DNA of 64,000 nucleotides from Chloroflexota bacterium (lineage in GTDB: Bacteria; Chloroflexota; UBA6077; CF-72): NCBI GenBank assembly GCA_016191465.1, contig JACPOP010000008.1, positions 303,571 through 367,570 of the forward strand, written 5' to 3'. Below the pieces are notes generated by a model. That model searched no databases. It was not told where the DNA came from and saw nothing but the letters and a program-made list of their open reading frames with translations. Shown here one piece after another: positions 9,065-18,285 of the stretch (within the stretch, counting starts at the first letter, position 1; each line of letters opens with the position of its first letter). Both the position numbers and the translations under genes were made by a program.

Positions 9065-9311
9065 GTTCGATTCGCGTCCTTCCTCGTACCCGAGGGCTGC
9101 GGTTCTTGATTTCGTCGTCGCGAGTGCTGGAGCAGGAAAACTGACCGCGATGCGATCCTGCGCGCCGAAGCTCCTGGCCTGCCGCGGCGGGAATACCGAG
9201 CTGTGAAGAGACAGATGCTTCGCGCCCCCGCGTGGGGGGCAAATGACGGCCGCAATTGTATGCACCGCCCGTGCCAGGACAGCCCATTCGAGCCGATCGT
9301 GTCCCGAAACG

Positions 9312-10223
9312 TCAGCGTTCCGGAAGCCGCTGGCGAAGCTTCAAGGCCGGTTCGAGAAGGTCGCCCACCGCTTCAAGGCGCTCGCGCATGGTCCCCAGGG
9401 TGAAGCGCGTGCTGCGCATCAAAGGGTCGTGGAGCTCCTCCCAGCCGATCGGTGCCGAGACGGGGGCCCCGGGACTGGCACGCACGCTGTACGCGCAGAC
9501 GGTGTTCTTGCCGTGGGCATTCTGTGCGTAGTCGAACAACACCCTGCGCCCGCGCTCGCGAGTGTGGTACTGCGTCGTCACAACGTCCCCATGCCATGCT
9601 TCCAGGCGTTCGGCCACCCGCTCCATGAAGCGGCGGACCGAATCGTAGGGGTGGATTGGCTCCAATGGGACCATCACGTGGACGCCCGACGATCCAGAGA
9701 GCTTCGCGAACGATTCCAGGCCTTCCGCCGCGAGCGTCTCCCGAACCGCCAACGCGCTCCGAGCAACCCAGTCCCAGGGCGTATCGTCGCCCGGGTCAAG
9801 GTCCATCACCGCCCAGTCGGGCAGGTCTGGGCGGTCCACCGTCGAGAGCCAGGTGTGGACTTCGGGTGCATTGAACTGCGCGAGCCACACCAGTGTTCGC
9901 GCATCGGCCGCCACGATGAAATCGATCGGCTCGCCCGTCGACTCGGCAGTCTCGGTGTAGGTCTGGAGCCACGGGGGCGCACCCTTTGGCTTGTCCTTCA
10001 GGTAGAAGCCCGGCTGATCCAGGCCTCTCGGAAACGGGCGAAGCGTGAGTGGCCGGCCCGCCGCGTAGCGCAGCATCACGGGCGCAATCCAGGCCTGGTA
10101 AGCCGCGAGGTCGCGCTTGGCGATCCCGTCGCGGGCCCAGAGCAGCTTGTCCGGGTGGGTGATCGTGACTCCGGCGATCGTCTCGGGCGCGGACCTCTCG
10201 GCACCACGGGCAGCCATAGGCAT
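9312..10223 (-). CDS. Stand-alone LigD-type primase-polymerase domain protein
   Basis: ITHPDKLLW, RPLTLRPFPRG, FYLKD, DLDP, KLSGSSGVHV, FDYAQN, YSVRA and VSAPIGWEEL; no ligase or phosphoesterase domain. Start moved to ATG 10223. Confidence 0.88.
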   Translation of the reverse strand: MPMAARGAERSAPETIAGVTITHPDKLLWARDGIAKRDLAAYQAWIAPVMLRYAAGRPLTLRPFPRGLDQPGFYLKDKPKGAPPWLQTYTETAESTGEPIDFIVAADARTLVWLAQFNAPEVHTWLSTVDRPDLPDWAVMDLDPGDDTPWDWVARSALAVRETLAAEGLESFAKLSGSSGVHVMVPLEPIHPYDSVRRFMERVAERLEAWHGDVVTTQYHTRERGRRVLFDYAQNAHGKNTVCAYSVRASPGAPVSAPIGWEELHDPLMRSTRFTLGTMRERLEAVGDLLEPALKLRQRLPER

Positions 10224-10225
10224 GA

Positions 10226-10269
10226 CCTTCGTGCACGCCCCGTACCGGGGTACGGGGCGTGCACGAAGG
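10226..10269. repeat. Perfect 21-bp inverted repeat with a 2-nt spacer
   Basis: ccttcgtgcacgccccgtacc-gg-ggtacggggcgtgcacgaagg, between divergent genes. Confidence 0.9.
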
Positions 10270-10351
10270 CCGCGGCGGGCTCTCCTCACCGCAAAGCGGT
10301 GCTGGCACGGACGAACACGAGGGCAGGCTGCTCACATCAGCCCCCGTCCAC

Positions 10352-12265
10352 GTGCTTGACGTAGACTCTCCTACCGTGCGCAGCCCATTCCTGGATCGCC
10401 TCGCCGTTGGGACACCCATCCTGTTCGATGGTGGCCTTGGCACGGAGCTGTACGCCCGCGGGGTTCCGTACGAGCGCTGCTTCGACGAGCTGAATGTGCT
10501 CCAGCCGGACCTGGTGCAGGCGATCCACCGCGACTACATCAGCGCCGGCGCAGAGGTCATCGAGACCAACACGTTCTCCGCAAACCGGGTGCGCCTGGCG
10601 GCATACGGCCTAGAAAACCGGGTGCGCGACGTGAACTTCCGCGGGGTGAAGATCGCCCGAGAGGCCAAGGAGGTCAGCGGCGAGGCGGTCTTCCTGGCGG
10701 GGTCCGTGAGCAGCCTTGGACAGCCCCTGGCGCCGGTTGGAACCATCACACCGGCCCAGGCGCGGGCCGTGTTCGTCGAGCAGATCGAAGCGCTGCTCGA
10801 AGCCGGCGTTGACCTGCTGATCCTGGAAACGTTCTCGGACCTGGCCGAGCTCCAGGAGGCGGTCCTTGCGGCGCACTCGGTTTCGGCGGACCTGCCCATC
10901 ATCGGCGAGATCAGCGTCGCCGAGGACGGCCACACCCTCACAGGCGCCGGTCCCGCGGAGGCCGTGGCCCTGCTGGAAGCGCTCGGCGTGGATGCCCTTG
11001 GGGTAAACTGCGGCGTCGGGCCGCAGGGCGCGCTCGACGCGGTGCGGCAGATGCAGGGGAGGTCGCGCCTGCCGCTGGCGGCGATGCCCAACGCCGGCTA
11101 CCCGGCCATGGCTGGTGGGCGACGCCTGTACGTGGCGACACCCGCATATTTCGGCGACTACGCGCGCCGCTTCGTCGACGCTGGGGTGCAGATCGTGGGC
11201 GGCTGCTGCGGCACCACGCCCGCCCACGTCGCCGCCATGCGCGACGCGCTTAGGGCCTATGTGCCCGAATCCAGTGCGTCGGTACACAGCCGCCCCGCCG
11301 CTACCCCGCTTCGAGCCGCGCCGCTTGGAACAGACGACCAGGGCGATGCCCCTTCGCCACTCGCGCGCAAGGTGCGCAATGGCCGCTTCATCATCAGCGT
11401 GGAGGTCGATCCACCGCGCGGCCTCAACCCGGCGAAGATGCTGCACGGTGCCGAGCTGATCCGAGCCGCCGGCGCGGATTGTGTGGACATTGGCGATAGC
11501 CCGATGGCGCGCGTGCGGATGGGCTGCATTGCCTTTGCCGCGCTGTGCGAGCAGCGCATTGGGATCGAGACGCTCATCCACTTCACCTCGCGCGACCGCA
11601 ACCTGATGGCGCTCCAATCTGATCTTCTGGGCGCCCACGCGCTCGGCATTCGCAACGTGATCGCGCTCACCGGCGACCCGCCCCAGATGGGCAGCTTCCC
11701 GAACGCCTCGGGCGTGTGGGACGTCGACTCGGTAGGCTTCATCAAGATCATCAAGCAGCTCAACCAGGGGCTGGACTGGGCGGGTAACTCCATCGGCAGC
11801 CCCACCAGCTTCCTCATCTCGTGCGCCGTCAACCCCATGGCCGAGGACCTCGAGCTCGAGCTGGATCGGTATCATCAGAAGGTCGAAGCCGGCGCGGACT
11901 TCGCGATCACCCAGCCGCTGTACGACCTCGAGCAGCTCGACCGCTTCTTCTCGCGGGTGCCACAGCCCAAGGTCCCGACGGTGGTCGAGATCATGCCGTT
12001 GCAGAGCTACAAGCACGCTGAGTTCTGCCACAACGAGCTCGCCGGCGTGGTCATTCCCGAGGCGCACCTGGTGCGGATGCGCGAAGCCGGCGACCACGGC
12101 ATCCAGGTCGGCGCCGACCTGGCTCGGAGCTTCCTGGGCGAGATTATGGGCCTACCCAACGTCCAGGGCGTGCTCTGGGTGCCCAGCTTTCACCGCTACG
12201 AGATGGTCGCCGACCTCGTCCGCGAGACCGTGCTCCTGCGCGATGCCAGGCTCGTCGCGGCGTAG
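10352..12265 (+). CDS. Bifunctional homocysteine S-methyltransferase / methylenetetrahydrofolate reductase (YitJ-like)
   Basis: N-domain: DGGLGTEL, ETNTF, GVNC, PNAG and GGCCGTTP. C-domain: SVEVDPP, DSPMARVRM, HFTSRDRN, LTGDPP, KVEAGADFAITQP. Start approximate (GTG 10352 or 10376). Confidence 0.9.
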   Translation: MLDVDSPTVRSPFLDRLAVGTPILFDGGLGTELYARGVPYERCFDELNVLQPDLVQAIHRDYISAGAEVIETNTFSANRVRLAAYGLENRVRDVNFRGVKIAREAKEVSGEAVFLAGSVSSLGQPLAPVGTITPAQARAVFVEQIEALLEAGVDLLILETFSDLAELQEAVLAAHSVSADLPIIGEISVAEDGHTLTGAGPAEAVALLEALGVDALGVNCGVGPQGALDAVRQMQGRSRLPLAAMPNAGYPAMAGGRRLYVATPAYFGDYARRFVDAGVQIVGGCCGTTPAHVAAMRDALRAYVPESSASVHSRPAATPLRAAPLGTDDQGDAPSPLARKVRNGRFIISVEVDPPRGLNPAKMLHGAELIRAAGADCVDIGDSPMARVRMGCIAFAALCEQRIGIETLIHFTSRDRNLMALQSDLLGAHALGIRNVIALTGDPPQMGSFPNASGVWDVDSVGFIKIIKQLNQGLDWAGNSIGSPTSFLISCAVNPMAEDLELELDRYHQKVEAGADFAITQPLYDLEQLDRFFSRVPQPKVPTVVEIMPLQSYKHAEFCHNELAGVVIPEAHLVRMREAGDHGIQVGADLARSFLGEIMGLPNVQGVLWVPSFHRYEMVADLVRETVLLRDARLVAA

Positions 12266-12295
12266 CGCCAGCCTAGGGCAGGGCCGCGAGCATGG

Positions 12296-12320
12296 GATGC
12301 ATCGTCTGCTCAGAATGACA
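12296..12320. repeat. REP-like element, TGACA family, half copy C
   Basis: gatgcatcgtctgctcagaatgaca resembles the right arms at 3081-3107, 48074-48100 and 54715-54742. Confidence 0.55.
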
Positions 12321-12372
12321 CCTCGGCACTCCCGCGCGAGGGGCCGCGAGTGGCCCCATACCAGGCGGCGTC

Positions 12373-13833
12373 ATGATCGCTGAGGCGGTAGCCCCGGTTG
12401 CGCCGCCGGCAGCAGACGCGCTGGTTCACGCACTGTGCGCCGTCCTACCCGCCGAGCGCGTGTTGTGGCGGCCGTACGACCTGATGCTGTACGAGTATGA
12501 CGGCTCGATTGAACGGCACCGGCCGGCGGCCGTGGTCTTCCCGCTCAGCGCGCGAGAGGTCAGCGAGATCCTCCAGGTCTGTAACCGGCTCGGAGTGCCG
12601 TACACGGCGCGGGGCGCTGGCACGGGGCTGTCCGGCGGTGCGTTGCCGTCGCCGGGTGGCGTGCTCGTCAGCCTGGCGCGCATGAACCGGATCCTCGAGA
12701 TCAACCCCGAAAACCGCTGCGCTCTCGTGGAACCGGGAGTGGTGAACCTCCGCCTCGGCCAGGCGGTCCAGCCGTACGGCCTCAGTTACGTGCCCGATCC
12801 TTCGAGCCAGAAGGCATGCACCATTGGCGGCAACGTTGGCGAGAACTCGGGCGGGCCGCACACCCTGCGGTACGGGGTCACCACCAACCACACCCTCGGC
12901 CTGGAGGTGGTGCTGCCCGACGGAGCGATCGTCCAGGTGGGCGGAGCGTCGGCCGACTGCCCAGGGCTGGACCTGGTGGGCCTGTTCGTCGGTTCCGAAG
13001 GCACGCTGGGGATCGTTACCCGCATCTGGGTCCGGCTGATTCCCATCGCCGAGTCGGTGAAGACCCTCCTGGCCGTGTTCCCCACGATCGACGCCGCGTG
13101 CGAGGCCGTGGCCGGGTGTATCGCCCGGCGGATCGTTCCAGCGGCGCTGGAGATGATGGACAACATGGTGATCCGAGCCGTGGAAAGCGTGAACCCCGCC
13201 GGGTACCCTGTCGACGCCGCGGCGGTGCTCCTGGCGGAGGTGGATGGCCTGCGCGATGAGGTGGACGCGATGGCCGGCGAGGTGGAGGCCGTGTGTTGGG
13301 CGCACGGTGCATCCGACGTACGCATGGCCCGCAACGACCTTGAGCGCGCTCGCCTGTGGGCTGGTAGGAAAGGCGCCTTCGGTGCCCTTGGCCGCATCAC
13401 GCCGGACTACTACACCGTGGACGGCGTGGTACCTCGCACCCGGTTACCCGAGGTGTTGCGCGCCATTGCAGCGATCGGCGACGACGCCGGGTTCCGCATT
13501 GCCAACGTGTTCCACGCGGGCGATGGCAACCTGCACCCGCTCATCCTGTGGGACGCCGACGTGCCGGGTGCCGAAGAGCGGGTCGTCGCGGCCGGGGCCG
13601 AGATCATGCGCGTGTGTGCCGAGGCCGGTGGCTCGCTCAGCGGCGAGCACGGCATTGGCCTCGAGAAGCGAGACCTGATGCCGTTGATTTTCGGCGAGGC
13701 CGACATGGGCGTCATGCACCGCGTCAAGGACGCCATCGATCCTCGGGGACAGTGCAACCCGGGAAAGGTTTTCCCGACGGCCGGCCGCTGCCTGGAAATC
13801 TTCGCCCGTCGCGGCATGGCGGTCGGCTGGTAA
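12373..13833 (+). CDS. glcD: Glycolate oxidase FAD-linked subunit
   Basis: RGAGTGLSGG, PDPSSQKACTIGGNVGENSGGPHTLRYG, GSEGTLG, FHAGDGNLHP, GEHGIGLEK and NPGK. Confidence 0.9.
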   Translation: MIAEAVAPVAPPAADALVHALCAVLPAERVLWRPYDLMLYEYDGSIERHRPAAVVFPLSAREVSEILQVCNRLGVPYTARGAGTGLSGGALPSPGGVLVSLARMNRILEINPENRCALVEPGVVNLRLGQAVQPYGLSYVPDPSSQKACTIGGNVGENSGGPHTLRYGVTTNHTLGLEVVLPDGAIVQVGGASADCPGLDLVGLFVGSEGTLGIVTRIWVRLIPIAESVKTLLAVFPTIDAACEAVAGCIARRIVPAALEMMDNMVIRAVESVNPAGYPVDAAAVLLAEVDGLRDEVDAMAGEVEAVCWAHGASDVRMARNDLERARLWAGRKGAFGALGRITPDYYTVDGVVPRTRLPEVLRAIAAIGDDAGFRIANVFHAGDGNLHPLILWDADVPGAEERVVAAGAEIMRVCAEAGGSLSGEHGIGLEKRDLMPLIFGEADMGVMHRVKDAIDPRGQCNPGKVFPTAGRCLEIFARRGMAVGW

Positions 13834-13846
13834 ACCAGGGGCAACC

Positions 13847-15127
13847 ATGAGCAGCCTGGAGCTTCCCATCTGGGATGCGATCGCACCGGGAGACCCGGCC
13901 GCGGTGGGCGTGGATGGGGTCGTGCCGCGCTACCACGCCCGACCGGCGTCGCCAGAGGGGGTGGCAACGCTCCTTCGCGCATGCGCTGAGCGCGGTCTGG
14001 CCGTGCTGCCCCGCGGAGGAGGCACCCGGCTGGGGATCGGAAACCCGCTTCGGAGCCTGGACCTCGTGTTGGACACGGGCGCCCTCGACGCGGTGGTGGA
14101 GTACGAGTCGGCGGACCTCACCATCACGGTGCAGGCCGGCATGCCCCTCGCGCGGCTCCAGGCCGTGCTGGCGGAGCAAGGCCAGATGCTCCCGCTTGAT
14201 CCGCCAGCCGAGACCGCCTCAACCGTCGGCGGCGTCGTCGCGGCCAACGCCTCAGGGCCGCTGCGTTACGCCTTCGGCACCGCCCGCGACCTCGTGCTGG
14301 GAACCCGGGTGGCGAACACGGATGGCACGATCACGCGAGCCGGAGGGAAGGTTGTCAAGAACGTCGCCGGCTACGACCTGAACAAGCTGCACGTCGGGGG
14401 CCTTGGCTGTCTGGGCGTGCTGACCGAGCTCAGCTTCAAGCTGCAGCCGCTGCCGGCAAGCACGCGGACGCTCGCCCTGCGCTTCGACACCGTTGCGGCG
14501 CAGGCAGCGTTCCTTGCTGCCGTGGTCCGCTCGAACCTGGGGCCTCTGGCGATTGAAGCACTCGGTCCCACCGCCAGTGGAGCGGCCGGGCTCGGGGAGC
14601 GACGCCACGTGGTTCTGCGGTTGGGCGGGTATCCACACGCCGTTGAGCGCCAGGCCAGTGACCTGCCGAAGCTCGCCACCAATCACGGTGGCCATCTGGT
14701 CGAGAACGCTGATGGCCTCTGGGATCGAGTCAGGAATCTGCAGGTGCAGCCGGCCGCGAACCTGCTGGTGAAAGCGGGCGTCCCCATTTCAGCAACGAGT
14801 GCCACCATGGAGCAGCTCCAGGAGCGCCTGGCGGATTTCGCGCCGCGGGTCTGGGGCCACGCGGGGAACGGCGTCGTGTACGCCTCCGCGAGCGCTGATG
14901 ACGAGCGGACCGAGACGCTCGCGGAGCTCTTGGCTCAGCTTCGCCAGGAGCTCCGCGGCGTGGACACAAGCGCCTCGCTCGTGCTGCTGAAGGCCCCGCT
15001 GGCGCTGAAGCGGCACATCGACGTCTGGGGAGACGCGGGTGACGGGCTCCCGCTGATGCGAAGCGTCAAGGCCGCGCTCGACCCGACGTCCACGCTCAAT
15101 CCCGGGCGGTTCGTCGGGGGCATCTGA
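13847..15127 (+). CDS. glcE: Glycolate oxidase FAD-binding subunit
   Basis: PRGGGT, VVEYESADLTITVQAG, GGKVVKNVAGYDLNKL and LDPTSTLNPGRF; lies between glcD and glcF. Confidence 0.9.
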   Translation: MSSLELPIWDAIAPGDPAAVGVDGVVPRYHARPASPEGVATLLRACAERGLAVLPRGGGTRLGIGNPLRSLDLVLDTGALDAVVEYESADLTITVQAGMPLARLQAVLAEQGQMLPLDPPAETASTVGGVVAANASGPLRYAFGTARDLVLGTRVANTDGTITRAGGKVVKNVAGYDLNKLHVGGLGCLGVLTELSFKLQPLPASTRTLALRFDTVAAQAAFLAAVVRSNLGPLAIEALGPTASGAAGLGERRHVVLRLGGYPHAVERQASDLPKLATNHGGHLVENADGLWDRVRNLQVQPAANLLVKAGVPISATSATMEQLQERLADFAPRVWGHAGNGVVYASASADDERTETLAELLAQLRQELRGVDTSASLVLLKAPLALKRHIDVWGDAGDGLPLMRSVKAALDPTSTLNPGRFVGGI

Positions 15128-16494
15128 TGATCGAGGACGCACCGCACCCGGCATTGCCGTTCAACCCGCTCCACGCGGTGCTGGACAAGGGGCTCCTCAA
15201 GCAGTGCGTCCACTGCGGCCTTTGCCTCGACGCCTGCCCCACCTACCGCCTGCTGGGCCACGAGGCGGACTCGCCGCGCGGGCGCATCTTCCAGGTGCGG
15301 CAGGTCTACGAAGGCCGGATCAGCCCGGACGACCGGGACTTTCGTACCCACATCTACGCCTGTCTAGACTGCCGAGCCTGCCAGACGGCCTGTCCATCAG
15401 GCGTCCAGTACGGGCAGATCGTCGAAGCGGCGCGGGCCGTGGCCGAGCCGCCACGTCCGGCCGAACGCACGGTCGCGCGACTGGTGCTCGGCACGGTGTT
15501 CACGCGCAAGCCACTCCTTGAGGTGCTGGGCTTCGGCGCGCGACTGTACCAGCGATCCGGGCTCCAAGCCCTGGTGCGCCGCTCGGGGCTGCTCGATGCG
15601 GCACTCCCCGCACTGGGCATGATCGAGCGGCAGCTTGCGCCCGTACACGGCAGCCTCGTTCGCCGTCCCCTGCCAACGGTGCAGCCCGCCATCGGCGCGC
15701 GCCGCCTGCGGGTCGGCCTGATTGAGGGCTGCGTGATGCCGCAATTGTTCTCCGACACCAACTGGGCCACGATTCGAGTCCTCGCCGTCAACGGGTGCGA
15801 GGTGGTGGTGCCCCCTGCACAGGGCTGCTGCGGGGCGCTTCACGCGCACACGGGCGACCCGGATTCGGCCCGGGCGCTGGCCCGCCGCAACGTCGACGCC
15901 TTCGAGCCACTCGACCTGGACGTGATCGCGGTGAACGCTGCCGGCTGTGGCTCGGCCCTCAAAGAGTACGGCCACCTGCTCGCGGGCGATCCAGCGTACG
16001 CGGCTAGGGCCGCTGCCTTCGCGGCCAGGGTTCGCGACGTCTCCGAAGTCCTGGCATCGCTCGATCTGTTGCCGCCCACTCAGGCCGTGCCGCTGACCGT
16101 CACCTACCAGGATGCCTGTCACCTGGCTCACGGCCAGGGGGTCCGCCTCCAGCCGCGCAAGGTGCTTGGAAGCATTCCGGGCCTGAAGCTCGTGGAGATG
16201 CAGGAATCAGACACCTGCTGTGGGAGCGCCGGCATCTACAACCTGACCCACCCGGACATTGCCGAGCCGATCCTCAAGGCGAAGATGCAGAGCATTCGCG
16301 CCACCGGTGCGCACACGGTGGTCGCGTCGAACCCAGGTTGCTCGATGCAGATCGCGGCCGGCGCACAGCGCTACGGGCCCGAGGACCTGCAAGTGGTCCA
16401 CGTGGTTGAGCTGCTGGACCGGGCCTACGGAGGTGCCGCCGCCTGGCGGCGAGCGCGACAGCGGCAAACGAAGCGCGACGCGAACGCGCCGTAG
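15127..16494 (+). CDS. glcF: Glycolate oxidase iron-sulfur subunit
   Basis: Two 4Fe-4S motifs (CVHCGLCLDACP, CLDCRACQTACP) and CCG domains (GCCGAL, DACHLAH, CCGSAGIYN). Confidence 0.92.
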   Translation: MIEDAPHPALPFNPLHAVLDKGLLKQCVHCGLCLDACPTYRLLGHEADSPRGRIFQVRQVYEGRISPDDRDFRTHIYACLDCRACQTACPSGVQYGQIVEAARAVAEPPRPAERTVARLVLGTVFTRKPLLEVLGFGARLYQRSGLQALVRRSGLLDAALPALGMIERQLAPVHGSLVRRPLPTVQPAIGARRLRVGLIEGCVMPQLFSDTNWATIRVLAVNGCEVVVPPAQGCCGALHAHTGDPDSARALARRNVDAFEPLDLDVIAVNAAGCGSALKEYGHLLAGDPAYAARAAAFAARVRDVSEVLASLDLLPPTQAVPLTVTYQDACHLAHGQGVRLQPRKVLGSIPGLKLVEMQESDTCCGSAGIYNLTHPDIAEPILKAKMQSIRATGAHTVVASNPGCSMQIAAGAQRYGPEDLQVVHVVELLDRAYGGAAAWRRARQRQTKRDANAP

Positions 16495-16581
16495 CGGGTC
16501 AGAGGGCACGCTGTGCGGCACTCCCGGAGTACCCACCCCCTCGCCCCCTCCCGGGCGCGGAAGGGGGAAGTGTTCTTTCCC

Positions 16582-16606
16582 GGAGGGGGCGCGGCGCGCC
16601 CCCTCC
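16582..16606. terminator. GC-rich hairpin between convergent glcF and murJ (REP-like or terminator)
   Basis: ggagggggcgcg-g-cgcgccccctcc, 12-bp arms; no U-tract. Confidence 0.45.
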
Positions 16607-16654
16607 GACTCCCGGCGCTCCGGTCGAATAGCCCCATGCAAGGCAATCGGCCCA

Positions 16655-18268
16655 CTAGCGGCGGATGAATCGGCGCAGGGTCAGGATCTCCTCGGAGCCG
16701 AAGACGAGTGACACGGCTCCGTACAACAGGGCCCCAATCATGGTGCACACCCCCACCACCACCGCCTGTCCCAGCGTGCCGTACTGCTGCCCGAGCGGGC
16801 TGAGGTTCACACCGAGCCACGCGATTGGAAGGGCCATCACGAGGCTCGCGGCCAGGATCCGCAGTGATGACCGCCCGAGCCGCTCGACGTCCAGGCCCCC
16901 CAGCCGACGGGCGATCAGGACGAGGAGCACCGAGCCTTCTAGCAGCGCCGCCAGAGAGTTCGCCAGCGCCAGCCCGCCGAATGTGAGTGGCGTCTGCATC
17001 AATACCAGGCTGAGCACCACGTTAGCGGCAATGGCTCCAGCGGCCACCGCCACCGGCGTCCGCGTGTCCTGCAGCGCATAGAAGACACGATCCACGATCT
17101 CCACCGTGGCGTGGCCAGCCAGGCCGATGGCGTAGAACACCAGCGCGTAGGCGGTTGCCTGCGTCGTCTCCGGCCCGAACTGGCCGCGCTCGAAGAACAG
17201 CGAGATGACCGGGACGCCCAGCACCATCAACCCGATCGATGCCGGGATGGTGATGAACAGGATCATCCGCAGCGATAGGAGAAACACCTGCTCGAACTGT
17301 GCGCGGCGGCCTAGTGAGTTCGCCTCGGAGAGTGTCGGAAACACCGCGGTCCCCACTGCCATTGCCACTGCGAGCGGCGTCATGATCATGAGCCATGCAT
17401 AGTTCAGATACGCCACACTGCCCCGCACCAGGAACGAGGCGAGCAGCACGCCCGAGAGCATTTGGTTCAGCTGGACCACGCCAAGCCCGAAGATGCGCGG
17501 CGCGAACAGACGCCCGACCTCGCGCACGCCGGGATGGCGAAGGTCTAGCCGCGGCTTCCAGCGCATGCCAACCTTCCAGAGCGCCGGCACCTGGACCAGC
17601 AGGTGCAGGAACGCCCCGGCGACTGCCCCGTACGCCAGCCCACGGATGCCGAACGGGCCGCTCAGGTACACCGCCGCGGCGATGATCGCCAGGTTGTACA
17701 TGAGGGGTGCGAGCGCCGCGACCGCGAAGCGGCCAAACGAGTTGAGGACACTGGAGCAGAAGGTGCTCACGGCGAACACCGCCGGCGAGATCAGCAGCAC
17801 CTGAGCGAGCGAAGCGGCCTGGTCGCGGAACCCCTCGTCCCGCCCGGGGACGTACAGGTCCATGAGCGGCCTGGCGAACACGGCCAGGACCACCGACGCG
17901 ATCCCCGTCACCACCAGTGCCGCGTTGATGGCGGAGGTCGTGAGGTGCCAGGCGCCGGCCTGGTCGTTACGGGCCACGTAGCTCTTGAATACCGGGATGA
18001 AGGCCGAGCCGACGGCACCCCCTACCAACACCTGGAACACCAGGTCCGGCACGGTGATCGCCGCGAGGTACGCCTCGTACTCGGTGGACGCGCCGAAGTG
18101 CGCGGCGATCACGATGTTGCGCACCACGCCCAGGATCCGACTGGCCAGGAACCCGGTGAGCACCACCGCCGCCGCCTGCACTAGGCGGCGCATGCGGTCG
18201 TACGCCGGCGAGGCCGGCGGTGAGCCTTCAGCCACGGCCGCGTCCACGGCCAACTCCTCGACAGCCAC
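16655..18268 (-). CDS. murJ: Lipid II flippase MurJ (MviN)
   Basis: SRILGVVRNIVIAAHFG, GGAVGSAFIPVF, HLLVQVP, TAVFPTLS, LFFERGQFG and RVFYALQDTRTP. Confidence 0.92.
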   Translation of the reverse strand: MAVEELAVDAAVAEGSPPASPAYDRMRRLVQAAAVVLTGFLASRILGVVRNIVIAAHFGASTEYEAYLAAITVPDLVFQVLVGGAVGSAFIPVFKSYVARNDQAGAWHLTTSAINAALVVTGIASVVLAVFARPLMDLYVPGRDEGFRDQAASLAQVLLISPAVFAVSTFCSSVLNSFGRFAVAALAPLMYNLAIIAAAVYLSGPFGIRGLAYGAVAGAFLHLLVQVPALWKVGMRWKPRLDLRHPGVREVGRLFAPRIFGLGVVQLNQMLSGVLLASFLVRGSVAYLNYAWLMIMTPLAVAMAVGTAVFPTLSEANSLGRRAQFEQVFLLSLRMILFITIPASIGLMVLGVPVISLFFERGQFGPETTQATAYALVFYAIGLAGHATVEIVDRVFYALQDTRTPVAVAAGAIAANVVLSLVLMQTPLTFGGLALANSLAALLEGSVLLVLIARRLGGLDVERLGRSSLRILAASLVMALPIAWLGVNLSPLGQQYGTLGQAVVVGVCTMIGALLYGAVSLVFGSEEILTLRRFIRR

Positions 18269-18285
18269 GCCCGTTGGCTACGGAG

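Noticed and set aside
9065-9265. glmS ribozyme
   Set aside because: The core AGCGCC and GACGAGG elements and the P2.1/P2.2 arrangement were not found.
9260-9277. Sigma54-like sequence CTGGCACG-GGCG-GTGCA on the minus strand upstream of glmS
   Set aside because: It mismatches the -12 TTGC, abuts a plausible sigma70 -10 box, and there is no activator gene nearby or evidence of rpoN in the window.
10270-10350. SAM riboswitch upstream of the homocysteine methyltransferase gene
   Set aside because: Only an ACCGC/GCGGT hairpin followed by GCT resembles P3; the P1 AUC/GAU, kink-turn and pseudoknot elements are absent.
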